64,000 nucleotides of DNA from Lama guanicoe (Eukaryota): the NCBI GenBank assembly GCA_013239625.1, contig MU054220.1, forward strand, positions 4,029,374-4,093,373, written 5' to 3'. The translations under genes were made by a program, and so were the position numbers. This document shows, piece after piece, positions 13,035-26,594 of the stretch. Position 1 is the stretch's first letter. Each line of letters opens with the position of its first letter. Under the pieces are notes generated by a model, which saw only the letters and a list, made by a program, of their open reading frames with translations, searched no databases and was not told the DNA's origin.

Positions 13035-13559
13035 GATATCAATAAGCTGCATTAGTGATGCTTGCTGATGGAATCCAGACTCCTTTAGACCGCTCTTAAG
13101 GCACTTGGGCCCCCAAATACTGACACGTGTGGAGAGAGTTTATCCTTGTTCTAACCCCCTTAAGTTTATTTCACTGTTAACCCATCAATCTCAAAATCTG
13201 AAATGTAATAAATAAGCTTCATTCTTTTGTTTTGTTCAAGGTAAAGAGCCAAGAATAAAAATGCCAGAAACATGCATGATGTTGGCCAGACAGAGGAAGT
13301 GAGAAGGGGAAATAGGCCAGATCGCTGTGTCTTTCTGTCTTCTAACCCAAGTCTTAGCCATCTTGGCCCCAGAAGCCTAAATTAGGGCCCTCCACTTAAG
13401 ACCTTCCCTGTTGATTATACAAATCTGACCCTAAGCATCTTAATGTGATGGTTGTAGCCACATCCTGGGCAACTGTTCACTGCAGAAATGAAAAATCTCC
13501 TTGGGTCTGGCAATCCACTTAGCTCCCACCAGCCGAGGGAGGAAGGCAAGCACAGAGCT

Positions 13560-13770
13560 TGAGGGGATGGCTTGCCTTCAGGAGCCTTGGACTTGAATCC
13601 CAGATACACCTGTGCTCCAGCTGTGCAACATTCAGCAAATCAAGGAACTTCTCTGTGAGGTTTTCACACAGGCTCCTTCTCTGTAAAACAGATGTAAACT
13701 TGGTACCCACAAAATAGGGTTTGGTGAGATAAAGCAAGGAAAGAGTCAGCACGTAGGAAGGGCTTGGTGA
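13560..13770 (+). mobile_element. MIR SINE
   Basis: gacttgaatcccag...cttctctgtaaaac...agggtttggtgagataaa. Confidence 0.6.
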
Positions 13771-13989
13771 TGTGGCTCCACCATGATGGATACGTTCATT
13801 TACCCGGACTACAGCATTGAGCCTGGATGCCCCAAACTGTCCCAGCAGCGTCAGTCCTAGGACCTGGGGGTATCACTGATGCACTGCCCCATCCTTCTAG
13901 TTTCAGATTTGTTGAAGCTCCTGCCAATTTCATATCTTGAGTTGGATTTTCAAGATGTTCAGATGGCTAAGTAATCACTGAAAACTGGA

Positions 13990-14440
13990 TCCGTTACAGT
14001 AAAGTTAGGTGATACAAAGATAGAGTAAGTCCCAAGATCTTAGTGGCTTAACAGAATAGAAATTTATTTCTTGTTTGCATAAAGTCTAAATGGCAGTGGG
14101 ATACCAGGGAGGTGTTAGTCCTGAGTGCTCAGGAACCCAGGTTGATGGAGTCTGTGCCATCTTTATCTCCTAGGTTCAAAGGTCACGCTGGGCATCAACA
14201 TTTAGCCAGAGACACAAGAGAGAGGAAGTGGAGGACCACCAGGACGGATTCTGTGGGGCTGGCCCGAGGGAACTCATCACACTGCCCATATTCCATCAAC
14301 TAGAACCAGTCATGTGACGACAGAGAGATGAAGTGGGCTGGAAAGTGTGGTCCCCAGCAGGACTGCTGTTTGCCAGCAATGACTGCACTCTGGAAGCAGA
14401 GCATAAATCTTGGTGGGTAGACAGCCAGCACTGTCTCAAT
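13990..14440 (-). mobile_element. MaLR LTR (MLT1K-like)
   Basis: cttagtggcttaacagaatagaaatttatttcttg; agaaccagtcatgtgac; ctgggaagtgtggtc-like segment; ggtgggtagacagccagc. Confidence 0.65.
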
Positions 14441-15002
14441 GGCTAGCACTCCCTGGCTATGTGCCTGGCACCACGTGATACCCTCTACACCCATCATTCT
14501 TGGATGCTCATGGCAGTTCCATGGGGGAACATCCTTACTACCCCCTCATCTTCCAGCTGAGGAATTAGGCCCTGAGGGATGACCCCTCGCTGCAGCTCTG
14601 CCTCTCAGAAGCAGCAGTTTCTCCTGTGTTCTCATCATGCTGGCAAGGTGGCTGGGGTTCCATTTCTGGACTCTGGCTTAAAGGCTGACTCTTGGCACTG
14701 TCTTAGCAGCACAGCAGTGTGGTCCTCTTAGGCTCTGTCCTTGAGCACTGTCCATCACCCACCTGTGCAGAGACCTGGGGCTCGTCTCCATGCCCCAGCA
14801 TCACTGCCATCTCCAGCCCTCAGCTCTCACCAAGACACTCACCTCTCTGTCGCTCTAAATTAACATACCTTGCTCTGCTCTCTGCCCTAGCTAAGATCAG
14901 GCAGACCAGATCACTAGACTTCAAACCATATCATATGAAAGAGCTTTAGATAGGGTTTCATGTTTGGCTGTCTTGATCTGTGTGGCTGCTGGGGTAACCA
15001 CT

Positions 15003-15280
15003 TGTGGTAGGCAGTATGATCCCCTCCAAAGTTGTCCACATCTTAATCCCCCAGAACCTGTGAATATTTCATTTCACACAGCAAAGGGGAATTTGAAGGT
15101 GTAGTTGACTTAAGGATTTTGAGATGGGGAGATGAGCCTGGATTATCAAGGTGACCAGCCCTATCTGTAAACATAATCGCAAGCATCCTTACAAGAGGAA
15201 GGCAGGAGGATCAGAGAGGAGATGTGGCAATGGAAGCAGAGATTGAGGTGATGTACTTTGAAGATGGAGGAAGAGGGCTG
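15003..15280 (+). mobile_element. MLT1D-like LTR, 3'-truncated
   Basis: tgtggtaggcag...gtccacatcttaatcccc...aacctgtgaata...aaggattttgagatggggagat...ctttgaagatggaggaag. Confidence 0.8.
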
Positions 15281-17897
15281 CACCTTCTTTGCTCTGAAGT
15301 GGGTCCCTTGGTGCGACGCAATATTACGCATGAATCTGTGTGGGTAGATGAACACATGGCTAGACGTTGAATACTGGTAGATACTGGCTAAAGTCCTGTG
15401 GACAGAAAAGAACAAACTCATCCCCTGAGCATGTGTCTCTTTCAGTCGAGATAAATTTGTTCTTCCCTGGGCAGAAGGAATTCAACACAGCCACTTGCCA
15501 CCAAGTGGCTATTTGGTCTCCTTGAGGGAAGGTGTCGTATGGTGGGGGGGCTCAGCCTTGGTCCCTTTCCTGGCGGTTTGACTGTTTAGCAGCAGCAATA
15601 GCTAGACCAGCCTGGAGGATGGGGACCCCTCTCGTGTGTGGCCTCCACCCTTGCCATCATGGCTACTCCATTCAAGTCCCACTTACGCAGGCGCTAGGGT
15701 GGCTGATACCACTTCGGCTGAAATCATCTGGCTGAGTCATTCTGTCTGTTTAATTGGTAAGTGTTTCTTCTGAGGTGGACACTCCCTTGCAGGTATTAAC
15801 ATGCAGTAGAAAGATCTTCACACTTTATGCCTCTTCTCTTAAATCCATCCACTTATTTCTTCCAGATTTTCTCCTTTCAGTTTTCTGAGCAACCAGTCAA
15901 GCCCCTCACCGCTGCCTGAGTCCATCCATATTCTAACCTCGGGCCAGCTCTCTCTCTGCACTAAGTGGATGACTGGGTCACAGCCCAAAACTCCATCCAG
16001 GACTAGAATCTACCCCCAGCACTGTTTTTCAGGACTAACCCCAAGTGGGGCTATATGCAGTTAGGGTCCATTTGCAGCCTGTGTCTACACATCAGTCTAA
16101 CCCATCTGTGAATTTCCCCCTCTCTATCAGTTGTCCCTACATATGGACGTGGGGTGAGTGGAAGAGTGGCGGATAACGTGGGGACTTGTCAGCTTATTTG
16201 TACCCTCTGGTCCTGTTGGGCCAAACTTCTGGCTTTGCAGTGCCGTCTGAACTCAGTCAATGATGGACAGCTCTGCCTGCCTGGAGACTTCCGTCCGTGG
16301 TTGGGCACTCCATCTCTGTCAGTACACTCTATCATTCCAGGAGCTGTTTTTGAAAGATGTGTATTTTCCCACTGCAGATGGCATGAACTAGCTCCAGAAA
16401 TTCAGAGGTCTACACTGAGATTCTCCTGTTAGGGCTCACCATAAAATCTACATAGCATTTTCCCCCCACCTTGGAGAGCTCCAGTGCCATGTAGTCAGCT
16501 GGGTCCTATGGTCCAGGCAGCAGGCTTCTTGCACTACGGCCTGGGTCTGCTGTAGACAGACTCTGCTCTGGTCTCCCCTAAAAGCGTCTCATGTGTTCTG
16601 ATACATGGGCTGGAAAACATGACAAATATTCTCTTTCTAGAACCTGAGGCCTACCAGGCATTGTGCTTGAGATGCAATAATTTGCCCTTTGCTTTAGAGG
16701 GAATATCCCAGTACGCTCTAGACGAGGACCAAAACTTCACTAATGTGGCTCCTGAATCTTCTAGGACTGCCCCCCACTTCCTGGAACACACATTATACCA
16801 AGTATATACATATATTTCCAATGCATTTGCTACTTATTGTTTATCTAGTCCAGTTAACATGATGGCATCAACCTAGAAGACTAATGTGATGTTCTGCAGG
16901 CTGCATCCCAACCAGATGGTGCAGTTCCTTCAGATTATATTATCACAGAGGGTAGAAGAATTAACATAGCCCTGGGGGTAAGACAGTAAATGTATACTGT
17001 CACTCCTTCCAAGTGAATGCAAACTGTTTCTGACCCTCCTGTCTGATAGATGGAAAATAACACATTCACCAGATCAGTGGGCATTTCCTAGAGCCCATTC
17101 TAATATGTTCTAGCAAAGAAGCCACATCTGGCACCACAGCAGCTGCAACAGGGGCTGCTACTTGGTTAAGTTTGCAGCCTTCCATTGTCATCCTTCAGGA
17201 TCTGTCTGGCTCTGTCCTACTGGAGCTGGGATAAAATAATGTTTTTTAAATTTACTATCTTGGTTGAGGTGAGGGGGTCAATTTCAAAAGTTTACGCTTG
17301 GATCTTACTTCACCTGCCAAGAAACCAATGTGTTCTGCCAAATTCTAAGTATAGACATTCCAGTGATAAATTTGGGGACCAGGCAAATGATCTGAGTAAG
17401 ACCATAGACGCAGTGGACCCTGGACCTGGCTCCCACATGCACCCACTCTAACAGAAGGTCCATGGTGATGCTTTGAGTCCCCAAGTCTCAGTGTCAACTC
17501 ATGCCCTGTGTTTAAGGAATACCTCTTTTCCCAGAGTTCAGTTACTCAAGTAAATGGCTCTAAGTCCCTCTGGTGGAAGAGCTGGGGAAATCCTTACCAT
17601 AGACACCTGCCATGGTGTTGTAGGCTTCTTCCTCCTGGACACCAAGAAGAATCTTCAGCCAATGGATTTAGGTCTGAAAACTGGCTCAGGATCAGAAACT
17701 GGTCAAAGGATCATGTCTTGGGGCTGCTGCTCTCAGACTCCTGATTGTTCATTCCTGAATTTCATTGCTGTGGTGCTCTAGTGATTCTCAGTGCTCCACA
17801 TGCCAACAGTGATGAAGCCCTCACTCCCAGGCAGCAGATAATCCAGACCAAAATCTCACTTTAAATTCTGCCTTCTTGGATCACTTACAGAACCAAC
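15281..17897 (-). mobile_element. Decayed ERVL-class internal region (ERV3-16A3_I-like), pro-pol remnant
   Basis: Manual minus-strand translation: protease LNTGHELTLRLGDSKHHHGPSVRVGACGSQ (~17517-17427); RT GS*RMTMEGCKLNQVAAPVAAAVVPDVASLLEHI (~17200-17100); integrase LSPPPYDTFPQGDQIATWWQV (~15555-15492) and NIASHQGTHFRAKKVQ (~15325-15280); many stops and frameshifts. Confidence 0.85.
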
Positions 17898-18322
17898 TAT
17901 CACAGGTCAGATTTCTTAGAATCAGATTCTGAGACAGAGATCTGCTTGTGGGAGGTTCACGAAGAGATGTTCTCAGCATCCACACCTACAAGGGGGTAAA
18001 GGAATCATTTGGGGGCACTGGGAGAAGTTGAGCTGCAGTGCAGACACGACAAAAACCTCAGCCCATCCCACAGGGTGTTCTGGAACAATAGTTACCCTAC
18101 ACTGGGGTGAGAAGATTCAGTCTTATACAACCTCCGTTAACCAGTCAGGGATGAGGACTGCCCCAGGAGGCAGGCGTGACCTTGTGTAAGAAGTTTCTTT
18201 TCAGCCAAGAGCAATCCCTGTGGTGGCTGGAGTGGGGGTGGTACTCAGCTGTGAGCTCTCAGCTGTCAACCCTCCTAGTAGCTGAAGGAGGCTCTGGGTA
18301 ACACACCACAGCACCCAATACA
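17898..18322 (-). mobile_element. LTR16-like 5' LTR of the ERVL provirus
   Basis: cagattctgagacagagat...gggagaagttgagctgcagtgcag...cctcagcccatcccacagg; abuts the internal-region start (minus strand gttggttctgtaagtgatcc). Confidence 0.75.
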
Positions 18323-18399
18323 CCACAATTTTTCTCACAGGAGAAGATGTATAAAAGCCCCAAAAAAGACAGAAATGTATTCCCAGTATTTTGTACATT

Positions 18400-19650
18400 T
18401 AAAATGTTGATTGGTATGGCCAAATTTCTCTCCAGAAAGCTTGAACCCATTTGTACTTCTACAAACAATTTATGAAAATGCCTATGTCCCAAACTCTTAG
18501 CCAACTTTGAGTATTTGATCTTTAAAAACCGTCAGGGTGAACCGTGGCTGGGATGGGGTGGTGGGGAATACACCTCATTGTTCTAATTTTCATTTCCTTT
18601 ACTATTAAAAAGGTTGACCATCTTTTTGAATGTTCAGGTTCTTTGCTTTTTTTTCCCCCCTCTCATTGATTTGTAGAAACTCTTTCTATCTTACAGATAG
18701 TAAACGTATCTCTATCATATTTTTTTCCCAAGTGAAGCTTGTCTTTCAACTTTATTTGCAATGTATTTTATTGTAAAATCTGTAAAACCTCAAACAGCCT
18801 ATCTTTTCCATTATGGCTTCTTGGTCTCATTTGCCACTTATAAAGGCTTTTCTTTATAAAATATTCTTCTATCCTTTTTTTCCTAATATTTTTATGGTTT
18901 GGGTTTTTACATTTAAATTTTATTCCATCTGGAATTTATTCTGGTAAGAGAAGTATGAATCTGTCTTTTTTTTTTCCCAAATGGCCAGCCAGTTGCCCAC
19001 ATCATCTATTAAATAATACATTGCTCCCCTCTGATTAGAAGTGTCTCTTCTCATGTACTAAGTTCTTGCGTATTAAGTTGCATTTTCCATTCTGTTCTAT
19101 TGACCTCCTGATTTTTGATCTCATATCAAAGCATCTATATTATTCTGTTTTTATGTTTCAATAACTGCTAGTGCAACTGTCCCTCTTTTCTTATTTTTGC
19201 CCCAGATATGTATTTTCTCCTATTTATTCTTCCATGCTGTCAAGCTCCAAAAATAACCACACTGAATTGTGGTTGAGATTGGATTGGATTTTTCAATACG
19301 TTTTAGGAGAACTGACGTTTGTATAATTTTGAGGCCTTCTAGACAAGAACAAGATACATCTATTTATTCAAGTCCTTCTCTCTAGATTTTGGGGAAAATA
19401 TATATATATATTTTTTTCATATAAACCTGCACATTTCCTACCAAACTTATTCCCAGTATTTTGTTTGTTGTTGTTATTGTTGCTTTTGTGAACAAATTCT
19501 TTATTTCCACTATACTGATTATTGTTTCTACTTAAGAAATCTACTGATTTTTGTATATTTATTTTGTAACTAGACATAATACCAAACCTTTATATTATTT
19601 CTCATAGTTTTCCATTAATTATCTTGGCCTTTCCAGATATCTGAAAATAA
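18400..19650 (-). mobile_element. Old L1 (L1M/L1ME-like) ORF2 remnant
   Basis: Minus-strand SSYKINIQKSVDFL resembles ORF2 SGYKINxQKS; T-rich plus strand. Confidence 0.8.
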
Positions 19651-19949
19651 TCTTCTTGCCTCCAAGATCAATGCTTCAGAAAGATTATTTTGGGGGAAAA
19701 ATTGGAGGTGGTAGAGATTAGAGGCTCAGAGTGGATCTTAGCTGTAAATGGCCCATTGTATCAAGTATGTTTTCTTTCTGGTAATTTACATTAGGACTGA
19801 AAACCTTAAGGATACTAGACAAGAATCCATAAGTGCTGCCTATTGAATTGGTGATGAGGGGAAATGAATCTTCAGTTCTTTGAAATGCAATTTTATCATG
19901 ATTTACTTTAATATTTTACTATAAGAAATCAATCTGTGTTGATAAAGGA

Positions 19950-20170
19950 TAATAATTAAAGCAAACACTAAAGTGGCACAAGCTGTGTGCTAAACACTCT
20001 CCTAAGTACTTTCTATGCATTCCCTCATTTAATCACCAAGGCATCCTTTTGAGAGTGTGCACCCATTTTACAGGTACAGAAACTGAGGCACAGAAAGGCT
20101 GAGTGACTTATCCACAATCTTATAACTCATAGTTGGTAAATTCAAGATTTGAGTCCAATGACCCTGGAAT
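19950..20170 (-). mobile_element. MIR SINE
   Basis: ctcatttaatc...cccattttacaggtacagaaactgaggcacagaaagg. Confidence 0.8.
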
Positions 20171-20809
20171 CTATTGCCCAATAGTTTGTACAGCACCATG
20201 GTTTAAGCCAGTAGAAATCTGCTCTTTATTCAAAGCTCCAGAATAACCTCTGAAACCCAAAGCCAGATTAACCACAGGGCTTGCCTTTTCTTTTTCGCAT
20301 CTTCTTTGACTCAGTCACCCCAGGAGGTCAGGGACTCTCAGCTTTCCAGGCATCCCCAGGATGTTGGACCAAACGAGCGGAGCCATTTGGAGAGGCTCCA
20401 AGTATGGGGTTAGGAGATGAGTTATAGGGCAACAACCAGATGCTGAGTTGGTATGACCAGGCCCTGGAAGATCTCAGTTTTTAAAATGCAAATTTTCTCT
20501 GGGTGGCTGTCTTACTTCATTATGTTGTGGTCGGTGGTTGGAGTTTTCTCCCTCTTTTGAAAATTGTTTCTAGTTTTTGGCCCCAGTCTCTTCTTCTCTG
20601 TCCCATCAGCTGCAATGATGGGGATGAAGCCTCTTTGCCTGTGTCAGCCTGCTCCTGGCTGGGGCTTCCAGGCCTCTAAGACAACAAGGCTGACCGCTTC
20701 TCTCAGAAAATCCCTACAGCAACTCTCAGTAGCCCTGGACTAACTTACCTTAAACCAGTTCAACCCCAGGTCAGTTGGCAAGTAGACATCTGCACAAAAT
20801 ACCCCGGAA

Positions 20810-22250
20810 ATCAAAGAGGGCTTCAGAGAGGAGGTGACATTTGAGGCATTTCCAAATTAATTTTATATGAACAGTATTGATATTAATCCTTTCATTTAAC
20901 AAATATTTCAAGCTTTTATTGTGTGTTGGGGATAGAGTGATAAACCAGACAGAGGAGTCCTTGCCTTTAAGGAACTTTACCTTCTAGGCACTAACAAGTA
21001 AGTGAATAAGATAATTTCAAGTAGGTGGCATTGTTGTAGATAAGGTAAGATGATAAAACAAAGAGATAGGAGGTGAAGAATGGGGAGGAGAGACTTAAGA
21101 GTGGTGGTCAGGAGAGGCCTCCCTGAGGAGATGAAAGTTCACTTATAATATACCCCAGTGTTTAGAAGGAGCCAGAGCTGTGAGGACCTGAGGGTCACTC
21201 AGGCCACTGTGTGGAGAATAGACTGTAGTGGGCAGGGGCAAGTGGGAGACCACTTAGGAAGCAGTACCATCAGCGAGGGGGCTGTGATGGAGAATTGGAA
21301 CAAGAGAAAGTGGGGGAAATGCAGGGAGGTGGCCAACATGGGGCAGATTTAGGAGGTGGCACAATCTGCTCATGGATCAGCCTCTGAGCATAAAGAAAGT
21401 GAGCTATCAAAGGTGACTTCTGACCCTCCTACACTGTTGGTGTGAATGTAGATTGGTGCATCCATGATAGAGGACAATACAGAGGTTCCTTAAAAAACTA
21501 AAAACAGACTTACCCTTCAGCAATCCCACTCCTGGGCATGTATCTGAAGAAAACTCTAATTTGAAAAGACACATGCACTCCAGTGTTCACAGCAGCACTG
21601 TTTACAGTAGCCAAGACATGGAAACAACCTAAATGTCTACCAACAGATGAACAGATAAAGAAGTTCTAGTATGTATATACAATGGAATACTACTCGGCCA
21701 TTAAAAAGAATAAAATAGTGCCATTTGCAGCAACAAAGATGGACCTAGAGACTATCATATTACGTGAAGTCAGGCAAAGACAAATATCATATGATATCAC
21801 TTATATGTGGAATCTTAAAAAAATGATACAAATTTTATTTGCAAGCCTGAAATAGATTCACAGACATAGAAAACAAACTATGGATACCAAAGGGAAAGGT
21901 GAGGAAGGATAAATTAGGAGTTTTGGATTAACAGATACACATTACTATATATAAAACAGATAAATAACAAATAAATAAATATAGCACAGGGAACTAAATT
22001 CAATTTCTTGTAATAAGCTACAATGGAAAAGAATCTGAAAATATATGTATATGTATATATACATATAACTGAATTGGTTTGCTGTACACCTGAAACTAAC
22101 ATTGTAAATCAACTACAGTTCAGTAAAAAATGAAATTAAAAAAAAGGTGACTCCTTGATTTGGGGCTTGAACAATATTTTATGAACGGTGAGGCTGTTTT
22201 TCAAAGTGAGAAACAGAGGATGAAACAGGTTTTTGATGGGAGGAAATAAA
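20810..22250 (-). mobile_element. L2 remnant interrupted by the L1 at 21422-22142
   Basis: ttcatttaacaaatattt; ggtcaggagaggcctccctgaggag; continues after the L1 with aaggtgactcc...ggcttgaacaa. Confidence 0.7.
21422..22142 (+). mobile_element. 5'-truncated cetartiodactyl-type L1 with TSD
   Basis: ORF2 C-terminus/3'UTR (ccctcctacactgttggt...ggaaaagaatctgaaa...gctgtacacctgaaactaac), A-tail, 13-bp TSD aaaggtgacttct (21409-21421) / aaaggtgactcct (22143-22155) with 1 mismatch. Confidence 0.93.
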
Positions 22251-22495
22251 AGTTACATGAATAGCAACAATGATAACGATAGTTCATCGAACACAAAGCG
22301 CCTGCCATTTGCTTATATTAGATCCTTCATTTATCAATAATACTGTGAAATAGAAATTTTCCAAAAGGAAAAAGAGTTTTGGAGAGGAGAAGTGACCCTT
22401 GGCTCATAAAGGACAGAGCTGGAATTCGAACCCAAGTCTGCCTGCTCTTAACGGTTAGACTCCATAGTAACTTTATAATTAAACTTTTATAAAAA

Positions 22496-22727
22496 TAGTT
22501 GACCCTTGAACAACACAAGTTTGAACTATGCAGGTCCACTTATGCCCTGATTTTTTTCAATAAAAGTACAGTTAGCCCTCCATATTTGCGGGTTTCACAT
22601 CCACCAGACGGGGGACTATCATACTGATTGCATTAGGACATTTTATATAAGGGACTTGAGCATCCATGGATTGTGGTATAAGAGGGGGCTCCTGGAACTA
22701 ATCCATGTGGATATTGAAGGGTGACTG
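22496..22727. mobile_element. Tigger2/MER8/MER2-type MITE
   Basis: agttgacccttgaacaacac left end; ttttatataagggacttgagcatccatggat...gggtgactg-TA right end. Confidence 0.8.
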
Positions 22728-22949
22728 TAGTAGCATTTTTAAAAACAGTCGCAGAAATTTTTTTTTATTCTTTAACGACTTTAAATCACTTGGATAAATT
22801 ATTTAACATATCTTTAAAATACCAGAAGATTAGACAAAAAGAAATAAAATAAATAAGTCCATCTGGGCATCAAAATCCTCCATATGGATGATTTGTTGCC
22901 CAATAGGCACATGAACCCCAGTGAAGACATAGGTTGCCCTCAGTGGCCA

Positions 22950-23420
22950 GGATCCAGATCCTTGACACACCCTTCAAGGCCCCGCCTGGTCTGCCTCCCC
23001 CATCTCTCCTCCATGGATTTTCAGCCCATCCCCAAGAACCTTTCCTCATCTCTGTCCTCCCGCTGACCAGGACTTCTGTTCACGTCCCCCCAAACTCCCT
23101 GCTCACCTAAATCTGGGATTCTCACTCTTCTGCCTCAACTCTTGGTTAACTCCAACTCATATGACAGACTCATGTCAAACCTCACCTCTTCCAGGGAGTC
23201 TTCCCAGACTCCCATCTGGTTCTTCGTGTCAGGCTTCATAGAATCAAGCTCCTCATCTCCTCAGCACTTCCTTTAGTTTTAGTTCCCGTTCCTCAGTGTG
23301 ATTTCTCACCACCTCTCCACTAGGAAGGAAGAGACCACGTCCCCTTTTGTTCACCATAGTACCCCCCATCTCAGATGGCACTGTGTGGGAACTCAGTAGC
23401 TGGCAAGTGAGTGAATCATG
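22950..23420 (+). mobile_element. L2 3' remnant
   Basis: cacctcttccagggagtcttcccagac; ttgttcacca...ggcactg...gagtgaat. Confidence 0.6.
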
Positions 23421-24739
23421 TCTCTTGGCAACTTTGAACTGCTCTGCCTCTTGTCTGTGAGTCCTCAGGGGAGAGTCCTGGCTGAGCTGCCACTCTGCCA
23501 CAGCAGTCCCGCTGGAAGAACCATCCAGGTCACCTGCTTTCCAGGGCGGGCAACATGACTGCCAGAACTAGGAGCTCAGGAGGGAGAGCCTGGGTGGGGA
23601 GTTATGGGAAAGGGGAGTCGTAGGCCTTTGGCTGAGATGTCATTGAGGAGGGGGGGTCCAAAGTCTCAGTGTGGTAGATAGACAGTGAGCCCCCGACAGC
23701 TCAGCCCTGTTATCTGGAAATACTGCCTACCCACCATGGACTCTAGACCATCAGAGTTCTGCCCCTCTCCTGGCCAGGACCCCTGTCCTGGGGCCCTTAC
23801 AAGAGGGCTTCGTTTTGAGGCCCAAGCCAAGGCTGAGTGGGGAGACCAGCTCCACAATCCAAATATTTATAAATGGAGCGGTTTTCCCAAGCAAAGCAGA
23901 ACAGATGCCACCACCCTGCAGTGGAGGCCAGGCCTTGGCCCTGGGTGGCAGGCTGGAGGCTAGGAGGCCGAGCTGTAGAGCTGTAAGGTGGAGGCCGGCC
24001 ACAGACTGTAACATGGGGCCCTGGGAAGGGGGCTGCTTGTTACATATTTTTATGCTACCTAAGCTAGACGGTGATCCAGAGAAGGGCAGGGCCTGCATCT
24101 CACTCGTATCTGGGTTCCCAGCATCTGCTGAGGCCAGTTACACCGTGGGGCCCAGTCCAGGCCTCCTAAAAGACTGACAGGCTAGTGCCTGGACCAGCTC
24201 CGGCTGTCACGTCAGTCAAACTCAGACTGGGCCAGACTTAGGAGCGGCACACCCTTGGCCAAGGCACCTGATGGCTCTGTGCCTCACTCACCTCCTCTGT
24301 GTCACGGGGATGATAGAGTACTTGCCTCACCGAGTTGCCGGGTCGCCCAAGGAGGCCGTGAAGATGAATCTAGCTCCACGCTTGGCCCAGCATTGGCTGT
24401 TTGGAAACCATCACACTTAGTAACCCCAACAATTTGCTGGGGGGAAATTGGTGGAACGGGAGACGCTGCTCCATGGAAGTGGCGGCACGTGGACTCTGTG
24501 GATCCAGGGAAATCAGGGGTGGGGTGGGTGTGGAAGCACAGAGGACAGAGCCCCCGAGAGTTGGCGGCCCCAGTTACAACAAGATGCCTACATTTAAGAT
24601 GCTCATTTTAGAGGGATGCAAAAAGCAGAGGGCTAATAATGTTTAGATTCTTCTTTTCTATCAAGTTTCTTTAAAAATAAAAGGAAGTGTGGGGTGGAGA
24701 GGAAGGAGGGACAACAGAGAGGGACCGTGTGAGGCAGTA

Positions 24740-25190
24740 GTTCACTGTGGGCTCTGGGGTCAGGCTGCCCGGCTCAAATCTCACTTTGCTGTGGTGCCCA
24801 TTCTCCCACCTCCCAGTGCTTTATTTTTCTCATTTGTTAAATGGGGCCATTAGAGGTGCTGATGTCCCAGGGCGACTGCAGGGATTTAATAGGTTGATAC
24901 CTCTCAATGCCCAGAGCAGTGCCAGGCCTTGCCGCAAGTGTTTTTGTGTTTGCTTGAAGAGAGAGAGCGTGGCATGTTGGGAAAAGTATGAGTTTGGTTC
25001 CAACATCCAAGCTCAAATCCAATTTCCTCTCTTTCCCAGCCGTGTCATCTGGGACGAGTCACTGAGCCTCTTGGAACTTTAGGCACCTGCTTGGGAAAGT
25101 GGGACTAACAACAGAAAGAATGGTGGTGGTGATGATGATGATGATGACATGTGGGGAGTCAGCAACACTCAGTAGGCAGCTGTTTCACGT
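24740..25190 (+). mobile_element. Two tandem MIR SINE fragments
   Basis: gggctctggggtcaggctgcccggctcaaatc...ctcatttgttaaatgggg; gctcaaatcc...gtcactgagcctc. Confidence 0.65.
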
Positions 25191-25273
25191 GATTCATGGA
25201 CTGAGATTCTCCTGGAAGATGAGGTCTTAGCTGTCAAGAAAAACTGACCTAAAGGCTGGGTCTTCAAGGATCC

Positions 25274-25742
25274 TGTAACAGTCAAGCATATGGTCAAGTT
25301 GACTGGGTCATAGTGCCCAATATTATTCTGGATGTTTCTGTGAGGGTGTTTTGGGATGGAATTAACATTTAAGTTGGTGGATTTTGAGTAAAGCAGATTG
25401 TCTTCCATAATGTGGGTGGGCCTCATCCAATCAGTTGAAGGCCTCAATAGAACAAAAGACTGACTCCCCCAGGTAAGAGGAAATTGCACCAGAAGACAGC
25501 CTTTGGATTTGAGCTGCAACAATGGCTAGTCCTTGGGTCTCTAGGATGCTGATCTACTCCACAGATTTTGGATTTGTCAGCATCCATAATCATGTGCACC
25601 AATTCCTTAAAATAAATCTCTCTCTCTGACTCTATATACACACACATTATATGTATACACATACATATATATGAATACACACAGACACACACACATACAC
25701 ATCCTATTGGTTCTGTTTCTCTGGAGCATCCTAACTAATACA
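25274..25742 (+). mobile_element. MLT2B-like ERVL solo LTR with 5-bp TSD
   Basis: TG...CA termini flanked by GATCC (25269-73) and GATCC (25743-47); aatgtgggtgggcctcatccaatcagttgaaggcc; internal CA-rich tract; cctattggttctgtttctctggag. Confidence 0.9.
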
Positions 25743-26594
25743 GATCCTATGTTTATTGACAATAAAATGTATGGCCAGCACCAGCCACCTCATGGATGAA
25801 AAGAGAAGGAAAGTTCTCAGCAGGCTTCTTTGAAATTGACCTGGAAGTGTATCCTCAGGAAGTAGATCCTTGGGGCGCCAGACCCTGGGCACGCCCTGAG
25901 TGGTTATTGGGGTAGGGGATGGGGACTAGCCCCAGACCGGGGTCTGGTTATTCTGTGAAGCCGCAGCAGACTCAGCAGAAGGAAAGGAAGCTCCTTCTTG
26001 GCAAAAACGTCAAGGTAGTAAGGTTGACGAGATATCCTGATGGAGCCCAGCATGTTCTCTATAAGGGAGAAAATTTGTGAGTGGAGAGAAGATTGGCGTC
26101 CTAACCTGAGTTCCCTTCCATAACCCTGAGCCTCAGCCTCAGGCCTAGGGCCTTGGATAGGAGCAGAAGCACCTCCTGGGATGCAACCCAAGCAGCAGGC
26201 TGGGAAGAAGTCCTGTCGGGGAACATGTTTTTAATCTGAGGATGCTTGAGAAGAAAAGCTACTTCAAGGCTTGCTGGGTGGGTCTTTGAGAGCGGGGAGG
26301 GGCCCCTCAGGGTTCAGGGATTCCAAATGAACAAAGGTTTTTGCTGCACTATCAAATGTTTCTATTAAATATTTCTTCAAAGACATTTTAAAATTATTCA
26401 GGCCCCCTCCACTCTACCTAATTTAATTTTTTGTATGTCGTCATTAAAAAATAACCTCGGTGTTTGCTTTTTCTTCTTAAGAAAATGCTAAGTATTTATT
26501 ATAGCATGTTAAGAAAATTAACATAAGGGGGAAAAAAGAAATTTACCCATGCATTAATTAGGGTAGGCCACCTGATGTTAATAAACAACTTCCA

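Noticed and set aside
13085-13410. Possible hAT/Tip100-type element with degenerate TIRs
   Set aside because: The TIR match is too weak to support without a Dfam search.
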